64,000 bases of DNA. Source: Candidatus Pacearchaeota archaeon (GTDB taxonomy: Bacteria; Patescibacteriota; Minisyncoccia; Minisyncoccales; UBA5738). A program made the translations under genes and the position numbers. Shown here one piece after another: positions 16,674 through 23,391 of this stretch. Position 1 is the first letter of the stretch. Every line of letters starts with the position of its first letter. The notes under the pieces were generated by a model. That model was not told the DNA's origin, ran no database searches, and saw nothing but the letters and a program-made list of their open reading frames with translations. Where the stretch lies: contig DAOSDI010000002.1 of NCBI GenBank assembly GCA_035362275.1, positions 2,232 to 66,231 of the forward strand, read 5' to 3'.

Positions 16674-17834
16674 TTAGGACCCTTTAATTTTCTTCAAAAG
16701 CTTTCCCACGTAAGCCATTTTCTCATGATCCCCGCTATCGGGATTTTGGCCCAATGGCACTGTTTCCGGTTTTTCTTGATTTCCCAATCCCACTGTTTTC
16801 AGTTGCTTGTCATTGCCCAATGGCACAGCTTCCGGATTATGACCCTTAACAACATTGCCTATTTCTACTTCTTTTGGAGTTTCGCCTTGGACAACTTTAC
16901 CTATTTTTATAGCTTTCGATTCGCCATCGCGGCTAACTGAGCTCGCATCTACTATCTTTGAATTCTCTCCTTCGCCAACCTTGTCCAGTCCCGTGGGGTC
17001 TTGCCTCTCACTTTCCGGGAGACCTATTCCTCCTTTTGGAGCAACATAGGTTTTAAAACTGGTTTCTTGGGTACCGTCGGCTTTAAAACTGGTTTCTTGG
17101 GTACCGTCGGCTTTAAAACTGGTATCCGCCTTGCCAACTCCAATACCTCCTCCTTTATTGAGATCTCCAATGTTGCCACCACCGCCGCCACCCTCCACAG
17201 CCTCCTTGATTTTATTTTCATCCGGAAAATCCGGATAAGACCCGGAAAATGGCTCTTTACCTCCAGGCGGGTTTTCCATTAGGTTTTTGCCCCCCTTACT
17301 TAACCACTCAACGGCTTGCTTCTGATCGGAATCAACAGGAGTTTTTTCCAAACCGGTACCTATTGGGTTTGGTTGTTGCGTCTCACCGGCTGAAGGATCT
17401 GCCGGCCACCTGTCTTCGTAACCGGGATTATCCCACCAACTCTTATCATAAAAAACTTTGTCCGGGTCAATGTCAACGGCTTCCGGAACAACTCCTTGCT
17501 GGCTAACTGCCTCCCCAAAACTCTCAACCATTTCGTCCAATCCCACCATTCCCCCCGTAAGCAAATCAAAATCCGGCGTACCAACGATCATGATCCTTGT
17601 CGCCATCAAGGTGCCGACCATCGCCAATTGCCGCCCGCTCGGATGCGTAATACCCAAAGCCCCAACTTTACCGATAAATCCCCGCGTGCGATCCTTAAGC
17701 ATTCCCGCCAAATTTTCAATAACGCCTTGCTTTTCAGGAGATTCAATTTTTTCCGGCTCCAAAGTTTCAATTCCCATAATTTTTACGAAAAAATAGTTTT
17801 CGTGATTTTGATATATTTTAAACCTTTTTGACAT
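16674..17834 (-). CDS. Hypothetical low-complexity protein with internal tandem repeats
   Basis: Repeats SFKADGTQET x2.3 and (V/L)G(N/Q)..PE.V motifs, plus Gly-rich tracts. The start is uncertain: ATG at 17834 or 17777, and the ORF-track start at 17855 is TTG. Confidence 0.45.
   Translation of the reverse strand: MSKRFKIYQNHENYFFVKIMGIETLEPEKIESPEKQGVIENLAGMLKDRTRGFIGKVGALGITHPSGRQLAMVGTLMATRIMIVGTPDFDLLTGGMVGLDEMVESFGEAVSQQGVVPEAVDIDPDKVFYDKSWWDNPGYEDRWPADPSAGETQQPNPIGTGLEKTPVDSDQKQAVEWLSKGGKNLMENPPGGKEPFSGSYPDFPDENKIKEAVEGGGGGGNIGDLNKGGGIGVGKADTSFKADGTQETSFKADGTQETSFKTYVAPKGGIGLPESERQDPTGLDKVGEGENSKIVDASSVSRDGESKAIKIGKVVQGETPKEVEIGNVVKGHNPEAVPLGNDKQLKTVGLGNQEKPETVPLGQNPDSGDHEKMAYVGKLLKKIKGS
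17051..17123. repeat. 30-bp tandem repeat (about 2.4 copies) inside a CDS
   Basis: (C/T)TTTAAAACTGGTTTCTTGGGTACCGTCGG at 17051-17080 and 17081-17110, with a partial third copy to 17123. It encodes the SFKADGTQET repeat on the minus strand. Confidence 0.85.
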
Positions 17835-18169
17835 ATTACAATATGCCGCTTCCAAGTGTCAATAAACTTCACCGAGGCAAAGCCCCGAGGCATTCTGGCG
17901 AGTAAATAAATAAAAACAGAGGCCAAACCTCTACGAAATTCGCATTTGAAAAAGAAAAAAGAATCAGGCGGTGCACAATTGCATATCACCATAATGATTA
18001 CGGTGCAATTTGTACAATTTGTACAAGCCTGATTCCCACACGCTGGAGATGCTTCCCCAGCCTCATTTTCCACTACGTCGCAGTCGCATGGCGGAATATC
18101 TATGTCCGCCATCCCGAGCCCCATTAATCCAATCACAAGGATTAATGAGACGATTATTCCTTTTTTCAT
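17783..18169 (-). CDS. Hypothetical Cys-rich small protein with a signal peptide; the C-terminal third reads through a repeat element
   Basis: MKKGIIVSLILVIGLMGLGMA then PPCDCDVV...ACGNQACTNCTNCTVIIMVICNC. Residues YLLARMPRGFASV are the translation of the repeat at 17870-17917, so the true 3' end is doubtful. Confidence 0.3.
   Translation of the reverse strand: MKKGIIVSLILVIGLMGLGMADIDIPPCDCDVVENEAGEASPACGNQACTNCTNCTVIIMVICNCAPPDSFFFFKCEFRRGLASVFIYLLARMPRGFASVKFIDTWKRHIVICQKGLKYIKITKTIFS
17870..17917 (+). repeat. CCCCGRGGYATTCTGGCRR-TAAATAAA family repeat (solo unit)
   Basis: CACCGAGGCAAAGCCCCGAGGCATTCTGGCGAGTAAATAAATAAAAAC. Related copies lie at 19686-19748 (-), 34872-34916 (-), 43575-43672 (+) and 49174-49371 (+). 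Confidence 0.7.
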
Positions 18170-18224
18170 CTAGGGATTTCCTCCGTTTTTGATTATACAT
18201 CTTTTTCTGATTTTGTCAAGGGTT

Positions 18225-19685
18225 TTAAAATTTAATAAGCTCTTCTTTTTCTCGTTTCCTGATTTTGTGCGCGGCCGCCGCCAAAACGGCGTAGGCAAGC
18301 GCCAGCCAGAAAAAGCCGATTTCAAATTCCATTTTGGCGCCGGGCAAACCGGCAAAGAAATCATTCACCGCCAGCAAATAGGACAGCGCCAGCCAGATCG
18401 GAAAAAATAAAATCCATCCCAGCACCGGGCTGATCGCCCCGCAAATCGCCAGCACAAATCCATAAATCGTGATAAACGACACCAGCGGCTCCACCAGAAC
18501 ATTGGCAATCAGCCCGTAAGACGAAACATAGCCGAAATTATAAACTACCAGCGGCAGGGTAAAAATCTGCGCCGCCAGCGCCACCGATAACGCTTGGCGC
18601 GCGAATTTCGGGCGGACAAATCCGATTTTCTTTTCAATCGGCCGCGCAAAAAACACCATTCCCAGCACCGCCAAAAACGACAATTGAAACCCGATATCAA
18701 AACGCAAGATAAGCGGATTTTGCCACACCATCGCGGTAGCGGCGATGGCGATAATCCGCAAAGTGTCGCCGGGGCGGCCGATAATTTTGGCAAACATCGC
18801 CAAACTACCCATCACCGCGGCGCGCACCGCCGACGCGGGCAGGCCGATCATCGCCACGAACAGCCACACAAAAACAATTGTCGCCCAAAGGGCCTTTTGC
18901 CGCCACCATCCCAGCGCAATCAAAAACGGCACGATTACCTGCGCCATAATTGCCACGTGGGCGCCGGAAACCGCCGACAAGTGGCGCAGTCCGGAAATGT
19001 TCAGTTTTTCTTTCAATGCTTGCCCCAATCCGCTTTGATCGCCCAGTAAAATCGCGGTCAACAGCGAATTTTGCGGCGCCGGCAGGCTCTCTCCCGCCCC
19101 CCGCTTAAGCTGATGTTTCATCCACAGCAAACCGGCGTAGACCGGATTGCCGTTGCTCTCCGACGCCAACTCAATCTCGGGCCATCGCGCCATCGCGTAA
19201 ACCCCGTCTTTGGCCAGATAATTTTTATAATCAAAATCCGAAAAATTTTGCGGCGCTTCCAGCCGGGCGACAAATCGGATTTTATCGCCGTAAACATACT
19301 CCGGATAACGGCGCGCCAACACCATAATGTTGCCTTCAATTCCGTCAGGGCGCAAAATAATTTGCTGGCTTGAATCTTTCAAAACCGGATCGCGGACAAC
19401 CGTTCCGACAACCTCAACCGTTTGGCCGTTTAGTTTTGTCAAGTCATTGTCAACCGTTTTTTGCCAGGCCGCATCAAACCGCCAAAAACCAAAGATGAAT
19501 CCAAATAATAAAATTCCGGCCAGCGCGATTTTATGCCGGCGCGCGGCAATGCCGCTGCCAAACAAAAAAACGGCGCCCGCCGCCAAAAGCCAAAACAAAA
19601 AACGCGAAATTGACACCATTGACGCCGCCCCCACCCCGGCCATTGTTGCCAAACACCCGTATAAAAACACCTGCGGATAAGGCAT
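18225..19685 (-). CDS. comEC: ComEC/Rec2-family DNA uptake channel (DUF4131 plus Competence domain, no beta-lactamase-like domain)
   Basis: Polytopic membrane protein with LTAILLGDQSGLGQALKEKLNISGLRHLSAVSGAHVAIM, the ComEC signature region. Confidence 0.85.
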   Translation of the reverse strand: MPYPQVFLYGCLATMAGVGAASMVSISRFLFWLLAAGAVFLFGSGIAARRHKIALAGILLFGFIFGFWRFDAAWQKTVDNDLTKLNGQTVEVVGTVVRDPVLKDSSQQIILRPDGIEGNIMVLARRYPEYVYGDKIRFVARLEAPQNFSDFDYKNYLAKDGVYAMARWPEIELASESNGNPVYAGLLWMKHQLKRGAGESLPAPQNSLLTAILLGDQSGLGQALKEKLNISGLRHLSAVSGAHVAIMAQVIVPFLIALGWWRQKALWATIVFVWLFVAMIGLPASAVRAAVMGSLAMFAKIIGRPGDTLRIIAIAATAMVWQNPLILRFDIGFQLSFLAVLGMVFFARPIEKKIGFVRPKFARQALSVALAAQIFTLPLVVYNFGYVSSYGLIANVLVEPLVSFITIYGFVLAICGAISPVLGWILFFPIWLALSYLLAVNDFFAGLPGAKMEFEIGFFWLALAYAVLAAAAHKIRKREKEELIKF

Positions 19686-19748
19686 TTATTTACTCATCCG
19701 CCAGAATACCCCGGGGCTTTGCCCCGGCGATGTTTGGCAGGGGAATAA
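19686..19748 (-). repeat. CCCCGRGGYATTCTGGCRR-TAAATAAA family repeat abutting the comEC start codon
   Basis: The minus strand reads CCTGCCAAACATCGCCGGGGCAAAGCCCCGGGGTATTCTGGCGGATGAGTAAATAA, immediately followed by the comEC ATG. Confidence 0.7.
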
Positions 19749-19807
19749 AATGATTTCAATGATTCCCTTCACCGGTGCGGGTTTATCGCGTGATGCAAAC
19801 AGCAAAA

Positions 19808-20089
19808 TCATTTTCGCGCCCGCACGCCTTCGTAGTGGATATTTTTATTGCCATTACCCCATTTTTTCCAAAAGTTTTTGGGAATCCCGGATTTGTGAAT
19901 GATTGATTCAAGAGTTTTTGGCGGTATGCTTTTCCCTCGGTGCCACGGGACGAACGTTAATCTTTCTTGGCCATCCACACATCCGCGATAATAAAAATGG
20001 GATCCTTCCGTGTTAACATGCTTAAAATAGTGCTTCCTCAGAAAACGCTCAACATCTTTAAAATTCCAATTGAGCAGTCCGTTAGGCAT
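19808..20089 (-). CDS. hicA: HicA-family toxin (mRNA interferase)
   Basis: FKDVERFLRKHYFKHVNTEGSHFYYRG...RLTFVPWHRGKSIPPKTLESIIHKSGI matches the HicA pattern (GSH...P.H...I..GTL..IlkqaGi). Confidence 0.7.
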   Translation of the reverse strand: MPNGLLNWNFKDVERFLRKHYFKHVNTEGSHFYYRGCVDGQERLTFVPWHRGKSIPPKTLESIIHKSGIPKNFWKKWGNGNKNIHYEGVRARK

Positions 20090-20426
20090 AACAATAATTT
20101 TTGAGATTATTGAGGCTCACACAGCATTCATCGATGCTTTTTATCGCGGATTTTAGCGGTTTTTCTTCTTTTGCCGATTTTAGAAACGCCTCGTATAAAT
20201 CAAAATATTTTTTTTCCGCTTGATTGTTGAGCAAATCTTCGCTTAATTTCTCTTTTTTCACGGTTTTTAAATAACCCAGCGAAACCACGCTTAGCTCATT
20301 CTTAACTTCATCTATCGTTTTTCCCTGAATCACCATTCCAAAATCCAAACACACGCCGGTAAAAAGTTTATCGCCTTTCTTTTTGAAAATAAGAAATTTT
20401 ATTTGTCCGCGCGTTATTTTGTTCAT
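20082..20426 (-). CDS. hicB: Putative HicB-like antitoxin
   Basis: It overlaps the hicA start by 8 nt. IKFLIFKKKGDKLFTGVCLDFGMVIQGKTIDEVKNEL resembles the HicB N-terminal fold. I placed the start at the internal ATG at 20426 (MNKITRG) to avoid overlapping the SWIM gene. Confidence 0.5.
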   Translation of the reverse strand: MNKITRGQIKFLIFKKKGDKLFTGVCLDFGMVIQGKTIDEVKNELSVVSLGYLKTVKKEKLSEDLLNNQAEKKYFDLYEAFLKSAKEEKPLKSAIKSIDECCVSLNNLKNYCYA

Positions 20427-20488
20427 ATTTTTACCGCTATTGTTTTTATAGTAAAGCATAACGCAAACTAACACAAATACCGTCAAAG

Positions 20489-21220
20489 TCAATTTGATAT
20501 TTTGGCAATCAGGGGTTCTTCCCAATCAAAACAGGTCTGAACTCCCGCCAATTTTTTGAATTCTTTGCCGCAATTTTTATCGGCTTGGACAAACTCCAAC
20601 AATAAAGCCACGCAACCTTCAATAAATCCGCCCACGGCGCCGTCGGAGTCGTCCACCCCGCCGGTGCATAGTTTTTTATCCAGCCGCAGAAGCAAATTAA
20701 CAATCAATTTGACGGTTTGCGGACTGGCCGGCAATCCACTGATGATGGCAGACAAGCGATTACCGCCTTCGGATAAAGAATTTTGATAGGCAAACCATTT
20801 TTTTGACGGCCCGCGCCAGGCCTTGATGTATTTTTGCGCCTCGCGAATTTTTTCTTTAACTTGCACCGATTCTTTATCATCCAAATCGCCGGTTCTACCG
20901 CAAAATGACACCTTGTTTTTTTGTTTTTTATCCTCATCGGACAGCGGCGCGCCGTGCCGCACCGCCCAAATCGCCAGCGCCACCATATGCTTGCAAAGAA
21001 TATCCTGCCGGCCCACGAAACAATTGCAATGGCCGCGATCATAATGCGTTTCGGAAACCGCCACGTCATAGGACTGGGTGCCTGAAACCCGCGCGGTAAA
21101 TCCGATATAGGACTCCTCCACCTCGCTCACTTTGCCGGCCTCATACAACCCCACCGCCCGCACCCAAGTTTTTTGGTCCACTCCAAACTTAATTTTTTCC
21201 AAATCATATTGAGGAATCAT
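20489..21220 (-). CDS. SWIM zinc-finger domain protein
   Basis: CNCFVGRQDILCKHMVALAIW is a C-x-C-x(n)-C-x-H SWIM signature. Confidence 0.75.
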   Translation of the reverse strand: MIPQYDLEKIKFGVDQKTWVRAVGLYEAGKVSEVEESYIGFTARVSGTQSYDVAVSETHYDRGHCNCFVGRQDILCKHMVALAIWAVRHGAPLSDEDKKQKNKVSFCGRTGDLDDKESVQVKEKIREAQKYIKAWRGPSKKWFAYQNSLSEGGNRLSAIISGLPASPQTVKLIVNLLLRLDKKLCTGGVDDSDGAVGGFIEGCVALLLEFVQADKNCGKEFKKLAGVQTCFDWEEPLIAKISN

Positions 21221-21237
21221 ATCATCATATAACCGCT

Positions 21238-21260
21238 AAAAGGGTCCGACCCTTTTAATT
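21238..21260 (-). terminator. Short hairpin (minimal GGGTC..GACCC family unit), possible nrdG terminator
   Basis: AAAAGGGT-CCG-ACCCTTTT followed by AATT, matching the CCCTTTTAATT end of the composite repeat family. It lies about 80 nt downstream of the nrdG stop. Confidence 0.35.
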
Positions 21261-21338
21261 AAAACATTCAAACATTCCAACATTCTCAAGAATGTTGGAA
21301 TGTCCGCTAATTATCAATCATCAATTATTGATTATTGT

Positions 21339-22103
21339 TTAAAAGTCGCGAACGCGGACAAACGGCACATAGGGTTTGATCTTGGCCAGCGCCGCAGTGA
21401 AAAATTCGTCGTCAAAGGGTTTTAATTTTTCAAATTCGGGATCAATGTTGCGCCCGGGTTTGAAATTCTGCAAAAAATATTTGGGAGACCGCCCGGGAAT
21501 ATCCTGCCCGATCCACTTGGCCATCCGGCCGAGATCGTCGGGCGTATGAACCCCGGGCGCAACCGTAGTTCTGAATTCAAAATCAATCCCCCCGTTTTTC
21601 AAAATCTTTAGGCTTTTCTCAACATCATCCACTCTTATCGACAGGGGTCCAACCCCTGTCAAATCTGCAGGGGTCCAACCCCTGTCAGCCCCGGCAAAAA
21701 GCGTCGCGTATCTTTCTTTGGGCAGTTTGATGTCCATGGCCACATAGTCAATCAATTTTTTATCAATCAGTTCTTTTATCATTTGAGGATTTGATCCGTT
21801 GGAATCCAGCTTGATCAAAAATCCCAAATCCTTTATTTTTCGGCAAAATTGGGGCAAGTCCGGATGCAATGTCGGCTCTCCCCCGCAAATGACCACCCCT
21901 TCCAGCAATCCTTGTTTTTCTTTCAAAAATTCCAAAACCTCCGTTTCCGGAATTTGGGGCTGTCGGGCAATCAACTCCGGCAGAACCAACTCCTTGGAAT
22001 AACACCACGGACACCGGAAATTGCACCCGGCCAAAAACACCGTGGCCGCCACATGCCCCGGATAATCAATCAACGTTGTTTTTTGCAGTCCGCAAATCTT
22101 CAT
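21339..22103 (-). CDS. nrdG: Anaerobic ribonucleoside-triphosphate reductase activating protein (radical SAM)
   Basis: MKICGLQKTTLIDYPGHVAATVFLAGCNFRCPWCYS carries the CX3CX2C cluster motif, in an operon context with nrdD. The ORF-track start at 22139 is TTG, so I use the ATG at 22103. Confidence 0.85.
   Translation of the reverse strand: MKICGLQKTTLIDYPGHVAATVFLAGCNFRCPWCYSKELVLPELIARQPQIPETEVLEFLKEKQGLLEGVVICGGEPTLHPDLPQFCRKIKDLGFLIKLDSNGSNPQMIKELIDKKLIDYVAMDIKLPKERYATLFAGADRGWTPADLTGVGPLSIRVDDVEKSLKILKNGGIDFEFRTTVAPGVHTPDDLGRMAKWIGQDIPGRSPKYFLQNFKPGRNIDPEFEKLKPFDDEFFTAALAKIKPYVPFVRVRDF
21640..21688. repeat. Dimer of the CAGGGGTYSRACCCCTG palindrome inserted in frame in nrdG
   Basis: GACAGGGGTCCAACCCCTGTC (21640-21660) and CTGCAGGGGTCCAACCCCTGTCAG (21665-21688), 26 nt apart. 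On the minus strand it is translated as DRGWTPADLTGVGPLS. Confidence 0.85.
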
Positions 22104-22224
22104 AATGGTTTGTTCCAAATAATTTCTCGCGATTGTCAATTATAACTCCGCCCGCCGATTTAACCAAGAACCATTTTTGCGACCGCAAAATTTGTCAGAT
22201 AATGCGCCAATAGGAACGCAAAGC

Positions 22225-23370
22225 TCATCGTTTAAGAGGCAAGCGCCATAGGGATTTTTCGTCTTCGGGCCAGGCGGCGCGAGCAACGATGTTGTTGCAG
22301 GACAGATCCGTGGTTTCCACGGCCGGACACCGGGCACATAATTTAAGCGCGCAATGTTTGGCACAGCCGTCACAAACATATTGCTCCCAAAAATGCTCGC
22401 AGGAATTTTTGATCACATTACGGTCATGCCGCCGGTCAAAAACCTGACTTTTCTTTTCAATCGCCCGATCGATTATCTCTTCAAAAGTGAACTTCTTCAA
22501 TTCAAAAAGCTGGCCTTTGGCGGCAAACCCCTCTTTTTGCTTGGCAATATATTCGTCCGGATTGGCAATGTCGGTAAAACGCAGTGCATTTAAAATTTCC
22601 ACGATTCTTTTTTGCAACGCCAATTTTCCGCCGGCTTTCTTTTCCATCAACGCCAGCGAATATAATCCAAGCGACGCGCCCCATGGCAGATCGCCGGCCT
22701 CCATTTTTTGCTTCATTGACGCGAAATGCGCCGCCCGCCACCAGTGCGGCATATAGATCGAATTTATTTTCCCTTCGGCCAGAAATTTTATCAGCCGCAT
22801 CCATCCCAGATTGCTGGGCATAAACCGGCCCTTTTCATAACGGAAATGTGCCGCCTTGGCATTTAAAAATCCCACCCCTTCCCTGAGATCGCGGAGGCAT
22901 TCTTTGGTGGTCCAAAGGATCCACTGGCCGGCGCTGGGCGCCAAAATCGATTCATTGATAGTCAAATCGGCATCGCACAAAATTTTACGCAAGGCATATT
23001 CGCCGATCTCCCCCTTTACCGGTTCGGCATCTTCGCTTTTCAGTTCAATTCCTTGAGCGTTAAGATTTTGCCGGATGCGCAAAAATTTTTCCGCCAAAAA
23101 ATCCTTGCTCTTGGGTAAGGTGCCTTTGTGGAAAATAATAATATCAACATCGTTTATCCGGCGCTCAACAGCTTGCCGTTCTTGATCGAAAAACCCATCA
23201 TTGGCAAACGCCAGCGCCTCAATGCAACAAAGGCGGGCAAGCCCGCCTTTTATCACTATATCTTGCTCCGGCGCCAGTGAATCAAGCGCGTATTCCACAA
23301 ACGGCGGAAATTTGGCAATCACCCGCTTGGCCAATTCCACCTGCACGAATTTTCTCTGCGGTTTTATCAT
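22225..23370 (-). CDS. Divergent Pol-beta-superfamily nucleotidyltransferase (CCA-adding-enzyme/poly(A)-polymerase head-like) with a C-terminal Cys cluster
   Basis: IKGGLARL ... NDVDIIIF ... CDADLTINESIL parallels the GGxVRD / DxD / RDFTINA motifs of the PolyA_pol head domain. The C-terminus has 9 Cys (CEHFWEQYVCDGCAKHCALKLCARCP...C). I could run no profile search. Confidence 0.4.
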   Translation of the reverse strand: MIKPQRKFVQVELAKRVIAKFPPFVEYALDSLAPEQDIVIKGGLARLCCIEALAFANDGFFDQERQAVERRINDVDIIIFHKGTLPKSKDFLAEKFLRIRQNLNAQGIELKSEDAEPVKGEIGEYALRKILCDADLTINESILAPSAGQWILWTTKECLRDLREGVGFLNAKAAHFRYEKGRFMPSNLGWMRLIKFLAEGKINSIYMPHWWRAAHFASMKQKMEAGDLPWGASLGLYSLALMEKKAGGKLALQKRIVEILNALRFTDIANPDEYIAKQKEGFAAKGQLFELKKFTFEEIIDRAIEKKSQVFDRRHDRNVIKNSCEHFWEQYVCDGCAKHCALKLCARCPAVETTDLSCNNIVARAAWPEDEKSLWRLPLKR

Positions 23371-23391
23371 AAAAGATTTGGCAATCGGCGA

